In this document: piece after piece, positions 35,310 to 49,700 of the stretch
Layout: each line of letters starts with the position of its first letter
How positions within the stretch are numbered: the stretch's first letter is position 1
Assembly (NCBI GenBank): GCA_026936335.1
Contig: JAPMXV010000009.1
Coordinates: 248,001-312,000 of the forward strand
Length of the DNA stretch: 64,000 nt
Direction of reading: 5' to 3'
Origin: Mantamonas sphyraenae STR306
Lineage: Eukaryota; Protista; CRuMs
Notes under the pieces: generated by a model
What the model saw: the letters and a program-made list of their open reading frames with translations, nothing else
Database searches by the model: none
Told to the model about the DNA's origin: nothing
Translations under genes and position numbers: made by a program

Positions 35310-38225
35310 CTATGTGGTACTGCGCTTGGCAAGGGCACCGATTTCGCGGTCTTTCTCCTGGAGCAAGCGAGTAAACTCCTGGATGAGCTGCAACTTTTCA
35401 GTTTCGCTGTTCATGAGCTCGGCCTGCACCTCCAGGGAGCGCTTCATCTCGATGGAGTATCGGTCGCGCAGTTCGCGCAGCTGCTGGCGCATTTCGGCCA
35501 TCTCCTGGTCAAGCATGTAGTGTGTGTGCTGCTCACACTCGTCTATAGACACCTGTAGCTGGCGCTGGACCGAGGCTGTGCTCTGGTAGGAAACCGAGCT
35601 TCCCGAGCCGCTACTGCTGCTGTTGTTGACCAGCGATTGCGCTTTGCGGATGGCCTCGTCGAAGCGCTGTTTGCGGAAGGGCGACTCATGGTCCAAGTGT
35701 GCCTGTGTGTCCTGCAACGCTGCAGTGTGATTTGTTTGTGTTTGTGATGCTGCTGCTGCTGCTGCTGCTGCTGTGCAGTCGAACGTTGGTGCGTGGGAGG
35801 AGTCAGGGGCGCCGCGCTGTGCGAGGGCGAAGCAGGAAGCGTCCCATTGCGCGCGGGACTGCGTTGCAGGTCGTCTCGGGTCCATGTCTTGCGATACGGG
35901 GAGCCTGTGGAGTTGGGTGTAGAAGAGGACATGTCATGTGTGTGTGTGCTGCTGTGTTGGGCTACGGTGTGGCTCTCGATGGTATTGCTGCGCTGCACAC
36001 GCGCAGTGCGGCTTGTTTGGTGGCCAGAGTAGCGTGTGCGCACGGCCTCTTTGGTGTCCAGGCGTTGGTGAGGCGGGGTACCGGGTGTGAAGCCATCCAC
36101 AACAGGCGTAGAGGGCTGCGGCGAGTGTGACCGAGAGCGTTCGCTGTTGCTTTGCTCGCTCCGCTTTCCCTCGTCACGAGCAGGCGTGCTCTGTCCCAAA
36201 AAGGACTGCACACGGTCCGGGTGTTCCACCAAGTTGCGCGCGGTTTGCGGCATGGGCACCACGGGCGACGGCTGCGGTTGGAGTTGCTGCGCGCGTGGTT
36301 TCCGCCCTCCGGGCAACTGCTCCTTTACGTCCGGTTTCCATCCACTGCTACTGCTGCTGTGGATGTTTCTGTAACTGTTGTTGCTGTTGTTGTGGTTGGT
36401 GAGTTGGCTGTTGCCTGACACACCTCCCGATCGCGGTGGACGCATCGAAGCGTTGGCCATCATGCCAGGATGCGGGCGCTGGAGCGACGGGCGAAGGACA
36501 TCATCGTCGTCGTCGTCGGCAGCGTCGAGGCCGTGTTGCCTGTTGCCTCCGATGACCAAGCGACCTTCCTTCATGCCGCTTGGACCGCCCCGGGGCCCCT
36601 GCTGCCCCTGCTGCCGGCTTGCGCTCCCACCACTGCTGCCCACGCTCCCGTTGCTGATATTGTGTACACTGGTGTCTGCGAGACGAGAGCGGTGGAGCCT
36701 TGCGGAAGAGGCAGCACGGCTTACGCTTGCGCTGCTCTTGCGTGTGCTTGAAATGACACCAATGCGCTGTTGGAACTCCTCCTCGATGTCTTGGCGTGTT
36801 GGCACATAGCTGCTGGGGATGTCGCGCATGTGCTTGCTGCTGAGTCCGGGCGAGTGCAAACGTTCGGTTTCGCTGCGGTCGATGTTTTTCCCGCCCACGG
36901 GGGTCGACGATGCGCCAGGGACGTGCGCCATCAAGGTGCTGTCGCCCGTCCATGCGTTGAAAGGCGTGTTGCGGCTTCGATCCAGACTGGTGTCGTTTGC
37001 GTTGCGCGCCGATCGCGACCTGTGTGCAAGATCGAGCCTGCTTACACTCAGCGACGGCGCTTCGTCGAGATGGTGCACTCGGTCATGGTGCACGGTTGCA
37101 TGGCTTGTCACTACGCTGTGCACGCTCTCGCTCAGCTCCCTCTCGGCAGCCATGCGTCCAGCGGTCTGCGGCGTGCTGCTGCTGATCACCGCGCGTGTCC
37201 CGTCGTTGTTGCTCCCAGCCCCTGCGAGCAACTGTTCCTCGCGTTCACGAACCCCTTCGCGCCACGCCGCCGGTGAGGACGAGCGAAACAGTGGCGACGA
37301 CTGCGCTGATGTGTGGTGTGGCCGTACATGCGTTGGCGCTGCTGCACGCGGCGTACCCATGCTCTCGTGCGGCACGGTCCTCGCCTCCTTCCTTCCCTGG
37401 GGCTGCCGCTGCGAGCGCGCCCCAGACGGTGAATGCTGTGCACTGTCGTCTCGTGCGCGTGTCTCTTTGTTCTGCGCCGACGTGCTGTTTGTTGTGTTTG
37501 GCCTGCTGGCCGTGTTATTGCTGCTGTTGGAGGTCAACACGCCACCTGATGCACTTTCGCCGCTTTGCTTCGCCTGCGGGCGTGACGTCGGCCTCACCAC
37601 CGCCTGTGTGCTTTGTTGCACTGGCGCTCCCGACGATCCGCTCTCCTGCACAACCTGCACTGTTCCTGCAAAAGCGCGCCGTCCCGTGGTGCCATGAGGC
37701 GTCATGGCAAGCGTGTGAGTCCACTCGTCAAAACTTGCACATTTTCGCGCCCTCCCCCCCCCTTTGTTCACTGCGCTCGCACACCGGCCACTTACCCTGG
37801 CTGCGCCGAGGCTTCTCGTCTTCTGTGTTCATGTTAAGACTCCGTGCCGTGCCGCCCATCCCTGTTTGGCCAGCCGTGGAAGGCTGCTCCGTGTAGGTGG
37901 CGCGTGCGGGCCGTGCATCGCTCTCGTCTTGTTGCGCTGTCTCCCGCTGTTGCTGCTGCTGCCGTCCATGCATCCCTGCGACACTGTTGTTCTGGCTGCT
38001 GGCTGCCTGCGATCGGCTTGCTGCTGTTGTGCTGCTGGTTGTGCTGGTTGTGGCGCTGCTTTGCGTCGTCGTCGTTGTTGTCTCGCTGACGTTGCTCGTG
38101 CGCGTGCTCGCCAGCGTACGCGACGCCGCCCCGCCGCTGCGTTTGGCACTCAGCTGCGCCAGCAACTTTTCCACGTCCCGCTGACGCGTTTGCATGTCGC
38201 TGAGGTTAGACCGAAGCTCCGCCAT
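35310..38225 (-). CDS. Large low-complexity (S/Q/T-rich) protein with N- and C-terminal coiled coils; intron ~37795-37666; apparent frameshift near 35730-35775
   Basis: MAELRSNLSDMQ.. joined by GTAAGT/ttttgcag to the 35543-37771 frame. A coiled-coil tail (EMAEMRQQLRELRDRYSIEMKRSLEVQAEL) lies in another frame. Confidence 0.55.
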
Positions 38226-38260
38226 GCCGATGCCCTGCCTGTGCCAACCGAAAAGCGAAA

Positions 38261-40635
38261 ATGTCGTTTGAACTGGCCGAAGCCGCGCTCTCCGACACCT
38301 CCTCAGACTTTGCCTACGATGAGGTGGACATCGAGACCACAGCCTCGGGCGATGACATCGGCGTCATGGAGGAGGAGTTCCAGGAGGCTGGCGACCGTCT
38401 CAACGACTCCCTGGGCGACGAGGAAGACCTGCGCACCGCGCTGGGAGAGTTGAACAAGGCGCACGAGGAGAATCGCAAGGCCTCCGGGTCTGCGTCGAGC
38501 CCGCAAAGCACAGACGAGCGTGCACAGAGCACCGTGTCGCGCAGGCCCGAGGTCATTGACGACTTTATCCGCAACTTCCTGGTCAAGAATGGACTGCAGC
38601 GTACCCTGGAGGTGTTTGAGGTGTGTTTTTCAACACTTGCCGAGCTGCCGCGTTTTTGACCGTTTTCGCTCACCCTTGCCCCGATCCGCCCGCCATCCTT
38701 GCCTGCCACAGACGGAGTGGTACGAGTTCACCACCCAGGGCAAGCTGAATGAAGAGGACCTTGCTGTGGTGCCCGACCTCTACGTGCGCAATCAGATGCT
38801 CGACGACAAGGTCAAGAAACTGCGCAACGAAGTCGAATCGTACAAAGCCATCGCCGAGTGAGTTGCCCTGCGCGCTCCATAGCTCCTGCTTCGTCCCACA
38901 CCCACTCCCCCTCGTGGTGAGCCACCCACATAGGTTCACATCCACATGCATGTACGCAGAGTCGTCGCATGTGTCTTTGCGGCCACACCAAGCGCAATGT
39001 TGTGGCTGGCGCCACCGGTGCCGCCCACCGTGTGTGTGTGTGTGTGGTGTGTCTGTGTGCCCGTGTGTGTGTAGCCAACGCAAAGCCACAACGCAGGTGT
39101 GCAATTCCTTTTGGCCGCACCTTGCTAACACCACAACCATGATTGTGTGCCCCGCCCCTCCGTGCCACACGTGCCGCGCGTACCGTCTGCGCAGCAAGGC
39201 ACAGGCGACGTGGGACAAGCTGCGGCGCGAGCGTGACTTTCACCGCATGCATCACAAGCGTGTGGTGTACGAGAAAAACAAGCTGATTGCAGACCTCAAA
39301 CGCCTCAAGAACCATTATTCCAAGTACGAGCCTGCGATGGAACAGCTGCGCGCCAAGTACGAGTCGGCCATGAAGGAGAAGATGCTCACAAAGCTGGAGC
39401 GCGACCGATTGGAGGCAAGCAACACGCAGCTGAAGGGCACGGTAAAGCGGCTGGAGAAGAGTGGAGCCGGCGTTGGAGCAGGAGCAGGAAGCAGCAGCGG
39501 CGGCAACTTTCACACACAGGACAGCACGGACGTTTCGTCGTCGAGTGTGGCTGCACGCAGGGCCAAACGTGAACAGGAGGCATCGATGTCACACACCGAA
39601 CGTCTTTCTCGCCCCAAGGCGGCTGGAGGCAAGAGTGGTACAAAGAACGGCACCCGAAAGGGCAGCAAGGGCGGCAAGAAGGGCGACACACCGTTCCCTC
39701 GCCAAGACAGGAACAACCCCTTTGTGGATGCCGGCCTGGAAGCGGCAGCTGTGGATGTGTACGGTGAGACCAACACGATTGCGGCACACGACATGACGGT
39801 GGCGCATGTGGCAGTGCACCCGAAGAAAAGCATTGTGGCTACGGCCAGCGACGACGGCACCTGGAAGCTGTGGGCGCTGCCGGACGGCGAACTCATCATG
39901 GCAGGTGAGGGACACAAGGATTGGGTGTCCATGTGCGACTTTTCGCCGCGTGGCACGCATCTGGCGACGTCGTCGGGCGACGGCACGGTCAAGGTGTGGG
40001 ACTTTCAGAGTGCGTCGTGCGCCATGACGCTTACGGACCATACTCAAGCCGTGTGGGGCGTGCAGTATGACGACACGGGCGACTTTTTGGTATCGTGCTC
40101 GTTGGATCACACGGCACGCGTATGGGACGTCAACACAGGCAAGTGCAGGCAGTCTCTGCGTGGCCACGTCGAGAGCGTCAACTCGGTGTCATACATGCCC
40201 TTCACAAACAACGTGGCCACGTGCAGTGGAGACAAGACGGTGTCCATCTGGGACACACGCACAGGCCAGTGCGTGCAAACGTTCTACGGCCACCTCAACA
40301 CCTGCAACGACGTGGCCTTTTCCCTACAGGGTACCTCGCTCGCCTCGACAGACGCTGACGGCATCATCAAGGTGTGGGATGTGCGCATGGTGCAGGAGCG
40401 CACACAGATTGCCGCCGGGCCCGCAGCCGTCAACGGCGTGGCTTTTGACCCTTCGGGCCACATTTTGGCAGTGGCCAGTGACGACGGAACGCTCAAGTGT
40501 TTTAACGTCACCGAGGCGGCACATGTGGTGGACATCCAGGCGCATTCGGAGCCTGTGCAACACTGTGCGTTCGACCGGCAAGGCACGTTTCTGGTCAGTG
40601 CGAGTGCAGATTGCACCATCAAAGTGTTTTCATAA
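38261..40635 (+). CDS. SPAG16: Central-pair WD40 protein PF20/SPAG16; exons 38261-38620, 38712-38857, 39195-40635
   Basis: RPEVIDDFIRNFL, TEWYE, ERDFHRMHHKRVVYEKNKLIADLKRLKNHY, KEKMLTKLERDRL, then seven WD40 repeats. Confidence 0.93.
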
Positions 40636-40723
40636 ACAAAGGGAGTTGGATGAGGCTGACCTCAGGTGTTGATTTTGGTGGTGGGGTTGCGGTTGCGGAG
40701 GGAGCAGTTCCGAACGGGCGGAG

Positions 40724-43700
40724 TTGGCGCCAAACAAACGCTTTCTGCAGTGGCTCGTGAGGGTCGCCGACGACGTCATGGAGACCATTTCCAGTGGGGA
40801 CCTGTCGGTGATCCAAACCATCATTGCCAGGGCGGCAGAGATGCATCCGCACACGTCGCCATTGACGTTGTCGCAGGTGTTGGACGCGTACGGCGAAGTT
40901 GTGCGCGAGCCTGAGGCGCACCTGTACGAAGTGTTGCTGCAGATGTCGATGTTGCCGTACCGGGACTGGTGGAGCAAGTTGGAGCACGTGCATCCGACGA
41001 CTCACCTGCTGCTCAGCGAAACGTTGCACAGATGGCGACGGTTTGCGACCGAGAGAGCGGCGAATCGCATGCAAGCCATCAACAATTGGGGCGCTGCTAT
41101 TTCGCTTTGGGAGCTGCACGCTCTGCGGCGAAGTTTTGGGCGGTGGCAAGAGATGGTGGGGAGGCGGAGACGGATGCAGGTGTCGCTGAAAGTCGTCCGT
41201 CCTCTGACGCAGCTGTCCGTGTGTTTCGATGCACTGCGAGCTCACGCGCTGAAGCACAGACGGCAACGGATTCATTTATTTCAGGCAGTGTCGCATTGGG
41301 CAGCGCAGCATGCGCGCAAACACCTGCGGGCGTGGCGGTGGACAGCTGTGCCACTGGCGGCCGTGCGGCGCAACAAGCTGCTGGAGCGCACGTTTACACG
41401 CTGGCACCGGTACAGCCAACTTGTGCGGGCACAAGTTGCGCTGGTGACACGGCAGCACACGAGAGTGGCCAGACAGGCTGTGGAGACGTGGACGAGGGCG
41501 CGGAAGTTTCGCGCGCTGACACGACGAGTGCGTGTGGGCGTGGCACGCACATGCGTGCGACACTGGATGGCCCATGCGATTGTACAAAGGTCGAAAACAA
41601 GCGAGCGGGTGCTGGTGGTGTACTTTTGGAAGTGGCGCAAGCGTGCGGGGCAGGCAAGCGCCCAACGGCAAAAAGACAAGGCGGCCGATGCGCTGTGGAC
41701 GGCGCAGCTGAAGCGAAGGGTGCTTAGCAGCTGGCATCGATGTGTGCAACTGGAGGCCATTTGGATGCAGTGCAGCCGCAGAAGCAACACACGGCGTGTC
41801 CAAACGTGTTTGAGGCACTGGTGGACGTCTGCGCGCGCGCGGCGCATTGCACGCCGCGCCGTGGGACACTTTCGCAATCTGGCGCTGTCGTCGTGCTGGA
41901 CACAGTGGACTCAGCATGTGCAGCAGCAGCGTGAGACCAAGGAACGCGTGCGGCAACTGCTGGTGCGCATGCAGAACCAGAGCGTGGTGCGGGCCTTCAA
42001 CACGTGGCGCCAGTACGTACGTATGCAGGCACAGCTGCGCAAAGGGCGCAAGCAAGTGGAGGTGTACCACAAAGTGCGCGTGTTGCGTGAGTGGCACTAT
42101 CGTATGCGCGCTCGCCGCCTTGTGCGCAGCGTGGTTTTGCGGCTGCAGGCCGCGCTGCTAGCACGGTCGTTCTCGACGTGGTACGCACACGCATCGGTGT
42201 ACAGACAGACACGACGTCAATCGGATCGGGTGATTGCGTTTTGGAGCAACAGGTTGCAAGCACGAGCGTTTTCAACGTGGCGAGCAAACGTGAAGGGCCA
42301 GCATTCGTTGCGGCGCAATTCGCAGCGTGCGCTGGGCCATCTGGCAAACAGGCAATTGAGCAAGGCGTTCTACACGTGGCAAAGTGCAACGGCGTACCTG
42401 CGCAGGGTAAACGAGTGTGCCACGGCCGTGGCGGCCATCCAGCGACACAACACGGTCGAAAGGCACCTGGAGGTGTGGTTTCATGCTTTGCAGGTGCGCG
42501 CAGCTGCAACATTGGTGCAGCGCATGAACCGTGCGCGGACATTGCATCGCTATTTCATGCACTGGGGGGAACGTTTGCGCCACCGCGAACGGCTGATGCA
42601 GTTGTTGTTTCGCATGCAACACCACGCGCTGGCACGTGCATTTGCGACATGGCGCGCCACAGTGGCGTACATGGGCGATGTGAACATGCGTGCTCAGCGT
42701 GCTCGCTTGGTGCACGATTATTTTCTGCTGCGGAGGAGCCTGCAATCTTGGCTGTTCTCCCTGCGCGTGCGCCTCTCAATGCGCACCGCACTTGCCTCGT
42801 GGGCTCACAGGTTGGCTGCTGCTGCTATGGGCAGTTGGAGAGCGTATGTCATTCAACGACACATCAAGATGGCTTTGTACGCGAAGGCGGACAAAGTTCG
42901 GCAACGCGCCTTGCTTCTGCGCTGGAGGCGCAGGGCAGGCGTACACCATCGCGTCAAGTCTGCGTTGGCTGCTTGGGCTCACATCAGCACACACCGAGCG
43001 TGGACGACTCTACGGGCGTATGTGGAACACCGACAGCGGAAGGAGCGCTTGCGCGAGGCCGCGTACATTTTTGCGCGCACGTCTTCCATACACCACGCCT
43101 ACGTTGTATGGCTACGTGCAATGGCACAGTGTCAGGAACAGAGGCGGAACGCAGACAGGATGACTGCGCAGCGGCAAAGGAGAACGGTAGCCAGCATGCT
43201 GGCACATTGGCTGGATCTTGCGCAACGTGCACAGAGAGGGCGGTATGTGGTGCTACGCTGGGAGCACCACGTGGTGTTGCGCGCATGGCAAACCTGGGCC
43301 AGGTACCATGCGCATAGGCAAGCAAAACGCGAGATTGGGGACATGGCGCGGCTGTTTGAGAGACGTGTGGCGGTGCGCACTGCGCTGCAGCAATGGACTA
43401 TGCTGTGGATAGGGGTGCGCATGCTGGAGCATCGTGTGGAAGATGCGCTCGTGTCGCGCGAGTGGACGCGACTACGGACGAGCTGGGACTTGTGGAAGCG
43501 ACGCATGGACCTGCGCAGACGTGGACGTGTGTTGGCTGTGAGATGGACACGCATGACAACGCTGCGTGCCTACAGGTCGTGGACGGCGTACGTAGAGCAC
43601 AGACGAGAGAAGCAGGCGATGGCATGGGAGGCCAACGCGTTTGCCCAACGTACGATGACGTGGCGGGCGCACAAGCACTGGAAACACGCAACTGCACATG

Positions 43701-46700
43701 TGCGACAGACGTTGCTGGAGCACGCGTTCAACTCGTGGCTGTTTGTACACCAACAGGAACGGTACGAAGCGCAGGCGCAGCAGGTGGTGAATCGCCGTCG
43801 CCAAGAGGCGCTTGCACGAAGCATGATGACGAGGTGGCGCCAACGGCTTGGTCAGATGCGCATGGGACGGCGTGTTGTGCTACGTGTACAACGGCAGCTT
43901 GTGGCCAGCGCGTTCGAGTCATGGCTGTTCTTTGCGCGCATGGAGATGCATCTGCGAGGCGCGGAGCAATTGGTACAGTACCGTCAGAATGTGACGCGGG
44001 CGAGGCGTGTGTTGGAGCACTGGATGCACCAGTGGAACGGATTGGCGTCGTCTCGCGTTCTGTTTGCGCGTTTGCAACAACGGGATTTGATGCGTGCGTG
44101 GAACAGGTGGATGGAGTACACGCAGCAGATGGCTAGCGTGCGCGCCATTGGACAGCGCATGCAGCATTCTCTGCTGGCGATGGCGTGGCGTTCGTGGGTA
44201 GCCATGGTAAGCGGCGTGCGGCAGGAGCGACGCTCGCTGACCGCGTTTGCAGAGTTCCATGAGCGTGTTGTGATGCACCGGTATGTGCAGGTGTGGCACA
44301 CGACGCTGATGATGCGCCGAGCGATTGCCAACTGGCGAGTGGGTCGTTGTTGGCGTTCATGGCTGGATTTCCATGCGTACGCACAACGGGAGCGCCGCGC
44401 GGACGAGTATGTGGGCGGAGTGCAGCGATACAACATCCTGTCGGAGTACCTGGGAATGTGGTACACGCAGTGGGAGCTGCACCGAAAGATGCGGCGTGTT
44501 GTACAGACGATGCAGTCGCGCGCGCTTGTGCGCACGTTTGAGCGCTGGATAGAGTTTACAGAGCAGATGAGGAGTATGCGGCGCATGCTGCGGCGCATGC
44601 AACACGGATTGATGGCGCAGGCGATGGCGGCCTGGCATGTCGTTGTGGACGGCAGGCAGCAGGAACGTGCGCGTATGGCGGAGTTTACACGCCACCAACA
44701 GATCCAAAGTTTGCAACGATGCTTGAAACAGTGGCGTGCAGTGATGGTCATGCGTCGGGTGTTGGCCAACTGGCGACTGGGCCGATGCTGGCGCTCGTGG
44801 ATGGAGTTTCACGCGTTTGCGAGGAGGGAACGCCGAATGGACACGTACGTGGGCCAGGCGCAGCGCATGCATGTGCTCGAGCGCTACATGGATGTGTGGT
44901 GGACACAGTACGAAGTCCACCGGCGCATGCGAGGCGTGGTGGCTGCCATGCAGCAGCGACACATGCGCTTCGCTTTCAACCGCTGGATGGAGTACGCACG
45001 GCAGCTGGCTAGTCTGGGACGCATGGTACGGCGCATGCGGCGTATGCAGCTTGTGCAGGCGTTCAATTCGTGGCAGATTGTGGTGGAAGGGTCAAAAGCG
45101 GACAAGGCACGGATTGCAGAGTTTCACGCTCACCGATCTGTACAGGTTGTGCTTCGCTGTTTGAAGCAGTGGCGTGCTGTGCTGTTGATGCGACGGGTGG
45201 TGTCTCAGTGGCGCTTGGGTCGATGCTGGCGTTCGTGGAAAGCGTTCCACCGTGAGTCGTCACATGAACGGCGTGTGGAAGCCCATGTGCACAGTACTCG
45301 GCGCAACAATATCCTATGGTGGGCACTTGGCACGTGGTGGGAGCGTTTGGAGATTCACAGGCGCGGGCGCACTGTGTTGGCGAGGATGCAGCACAGGCAG
45401 GTTGCAGGGTCATTCCGGCGGTGGGAAGAGTTTGTGTACCAAATGCGCAGTCTGCGCAGGATGATGGGACGTATGCAGAACGCAACCATTCACCAGGCGT
45501 TTGCATCATGGCGAGGTGTGGTGGAAGGACGCAAGCGAGAGGAGGCGTTGGTATCGCACTTTAGGCAGGCAAACATGCAGCTGGCTGCGCAGCGACTGCT
45601 TGTGCACTGGCATGCGTGTCTACGTGTGCGGCGAACTCTTCTGATGTGGCGCCTTGGGCGATGTTGGCACAGCTGGCAGGCGTATGTTGGTGCAGCGCGC
45701 GCAGAGCGTGGGCGCATGGCGGTTGTAGAGCGTCGACACGAGCGCATACGCGTGGTGCAGTGCTTGCGAGTGTGGTGGGCAGAGCTGCAACGGAGGAAGC
45801 GCATGCGAACGATTGTGCACTCGATGAAGCACCAGCAGTGCCGTTGGGCGTTCAACAGGTGGATGGAGTACATGGAGCAGGTGGAGAGATTACGGCAGCT
45901 GGGGAGACGTGTGGTGCACATGAGCTGTGGACGTGCGTTTACGACATGGCGTGCCGTTGTGACTGCACGCAAGGATGAACATGCTCGTCTGGTTCGGTTT
46001 GTGGCTGATTGCGAGACACAGGTGTCGTACAGGGCATTGATCCACTGGGTCGACGCTCTGAACGGGCGCAGGATGAAGCGTGCTCGCTTGCTGCGTGTAT
46101 GGCATGGCTATCTGGTGAAACTCCGCCATGCAGAGGCGCGGGTTCGCCTGCAGCATGAGCGGCTGCGCGCGTTTGACACTCTGGAGCGATGGTCGCGTGC
46201 ATACGAGGCCAACGTGGCGTGGATCGAGCACTTGGTGCATCTTGCGTTTCACAGATGGCACCGTGTGGCTGTGTTGCATGTGGCGGAGCGTGAAGCAGTG
46301 GACCTGTGGGAGTTTCGTACGCAAGCAAACGCGTTCCGGCGGTGGTTGCTTGTGGTGCGACTTGAACACACGTTTGCGGTGGTGCATACCACGTACAAGC
46401 TGAAGCTTGTGACAAAGGCGCTCAACCAGTGGATCCGGGACTTTAACGGATTGCGACAAACGCGTGTTCGCCGCCGCATGCGTTTGGCGCACAAGCACCT
46501 CTTGATGTGGGTGCGGCATTTCGACTTGCACCAACGCTTGTGTCTGGCCGACACTCGACGCTACTTGGCGGTGATGGGAACATGTTTTGGAGGCTGGCGG
46601 ACGGAGGCGCGACATCTGCGCAACAAGCGCATTGCGCTGCAGTATCGAGCGTTTTCATTGTGTAGCCGAGTGATGCAGGCGTGGCACGTACACAGTGCGT

Positions 46701-49700
46701 GGCAAGCACGTGCGCGTGTGGTGTTGGCGCGCTTTGTGTCCCGATGGCAGCACCGTTCGGTTGCGCACGCGTTCCAGCAGCTGCGGCAACATGTGGTGTG
46801 GTGGGCGCGTGTGTGCAACGAAGCCGAAGAGCTGTGGCAAGCAGCGCAGGTTCGCCGAAAGGGAGAGATTGTTGCGCGATGGCGCGAGCATGTGCGTGTG
46901 AATGGCATCGGGCGCGCGTGGATGGACTCGCGTGATCGAAGGCTGGTATCGCGTGTTCTGCGTTCATGGAGGCTTGCGTACGTGGCAGGACGGCGCGCGG
47001 ATGAGTGGCGAGTGTACATGACGCGTGTGAGGGCGTTGACAAAGTGGAGGCTTCACCTGCGACACCGGATGCAAATGCAGGAGGGAATGCGGCAGGTGCG
47101 ACAAGTGATTGCACGGAACTGGTGGGCTCGATGGCAGGGTGCTGTGGTGGGCCGGCGCCGAGAAAAGCGAGTGTTGGCGGATGCACTTGTGCATTGGGTC
47201 ATGCTGTACCGAAAGCGTGAAGAGCTGCACGGCCACTTTGACGCGCTGATTGCAGAGCATGAACTGCGCACGGTGGCCCGCTACATGCAGCGATGGTGGG
47301 TGCGTCAACAGATGCAGCGTCGCGTGAAGCGGAAAGAGGAGGAGGTGAAACGACAGGCGTACAGGCACTGGCAGGCGGCGTGGAGACTGCGCGTACTGCG
47401 CACGTCGCAGTTGCAACGTGTTCTGGAACAGCTGCAGGGCGTGCGACGGCGCCAGGTGTGGCAGAGGTGGACTGAAGCGTACGCGGAGAATCTGGAGCTA
47501 CGCACACGGTTCTACCTTTGCCGGTGGGCAAACGCGCTCGCGCGACGAGAAACGATACGGCGAGTCGTGTACGCTGTGCAGCATCTGTACGTGCGCCACA
47601 GCATGAACACATGGAAGGAGCGTACGGCCGGAGCGCGGCGGACGCGATATATCGTCAAGGTGCGTGTGATGCAGGTTTGGAAACGTGCGCATGTGCAGGG
47701 GAGACACGAGAAGTACCTGCTGAAGGAGTGGGAAACGAGGTGCAAGGGGGTTTTGTTTGCGCGTTGGATTGCACGTATGAGGCAGCACGTGCACAATCGC
47801 GTGCTTGGCATGCGCGTGGTGCATGCGATGACCAACCGCCGGCTGTTTTCGTCGTTTACGAGCTGGCGTGGGTGGGCTTCATACCAACGAAGCCTGGCAC
47901 GCCGGAAGAGCGAGGTGATGGAAGAAGAGCGGCGCATGCTTGCTGTGCGCGTGCTGGTGGGCTGGCAAACGGTGTTTGTCAACACGCGGCGTGCTGTGCA
48001 GCATCACGAAGCCCAAGTGCAAGCGGTGGTGATGAAAGAGTGGATGCAGGTGGTGGAGGAGTCGCAAGAGTACGTGAGGTTCCAGCGAGGCTGTGTGTTC
48101 AGGCGCTGGCAGCAGCGCATGAGCGCTCGGCAACGCATCCGCGGAGTCATTGCTGGAATGCGAAATGTGATTGTGCGCCGCGCGATGAACCGCTGGATCG
48201 AGTACACGCGTGTGGAAGGGATGGCAAGCCGTGTGGTGCAGCGACGTGCGCTGTTGCAGTGGTACCATGCGACACGCCATGAGATGGAGGAACGCTCGGC
48301 GATACACGGATTCCAGGTGCAGCAACTGCGCAAGTGGCTGCGGCTGTGGGTACATCAGCGCCGCTTGCGCGTGCGTGTGGTGTCGGCCATGACGAAGCGG
48401 CGTCTGTACGCAGCGTTCGGCACATGGAGGGCATGGGTTGCGTACGAACGGTGCTGCGGCGCACGGTTGCGTTCACACGCGTGGGGAACATGGCTGTTTG
48501 CGTTTGAGAGCGCAGTGGCATCACGTGAGCACTACGAACAGAGACTGCAGCGCAGTGTGGTTCGGGCGTGGATGGAATGGAGCGGCGAAGGGCGAAGCGC
48601 AAGAGTGTTTCAAGGACGGGTGTGGCTGCGGCGATGGATGAAGAGCGTGAACGTGCGCAGGCGAGTGCTGTCAGCGATTGCATCGATGCAAAACGTGCTG
48701 GCTAGGCGCTGTCTGAACGCGTGGACGTCCTACGTTCGCGTGTCCAGGTTCCGCTGGCAGCACTGCGCTGAGGCACACTTTCATGCGTGGCGTCGACATG
48801 TGGTGCGGCAGCGAGAGGTTCAAGAGGAGCTGCTACGTGCGCGGGAAGTGCAAACGTTGCTTGCATTGCATGAGCGACGTGGGGCACTGCGGCGTTTGGG
48901 CCGCGTGGTGGATGCGTGGCGGCTGTGGGTGACGCAGGTGCGGATGGATCGTGTGCGCAGCGAGGCGGTGATGTTGTCGAATGTGCTCCGTGCGTGGTAT
49001 ATGCTCGTGGTGTCGCACAAGCGGGTTCGTGGTTTGGAAGCACACATGCGTGTGCACACCCTACGGGAGGGCCTTGCCATGTGGCGTGCAGGGGTGCTTG
49101 GTCGACGAGCGCTGCGAAGGCGAACAGTGCGCGTGTGGCATGCACGGCTGATGTGGGTACGAGAGCTGGATACGATGGACACTGCGTTGCTGCTTCCGTG
49201 CAAAGCACGCGTGCTACGCCACTGGTGGCACGCGAGTGTGCACCATCGCCACTTGCGCATGATGGAGGAGGAGCTGGGGGATCGGGAACGGACACAATCG
49301 CTGCGGCGGGTGCTGGACACGTGGCGCGTGCAATGGTTGCGCGTGCGCACGGTGCGCAGGCGAGCATGGAAGACTTGGCGTCGACTGAGTGTACTGTGCC
49401 GAGGTATGCGCATTTGGAAGCAGGGCGTCGAGAAACGTGCGACGTCTGAACTTTTGCACACGAGCTTGGCACGATGGCACGGTGTGGCGCGGCTGTGGCG
49501 AATGCAACGACGTCGTGTACAACGTGAAGGTTTGCTGGAATGGCGCGCGGCAAGCGTGTGGAGCAGACAACGAAAGAGGACGTTGCTGGCAAGATGGGTG
49601 CGATTGTGGAGGGAGGTCGCGCGGGTGAAGGAGATTGGAGAGGCAATGGTGCGAAAGAACGATCAGCAGCGTGTGCGCCACGCACTCGAGCGATGGAAAA

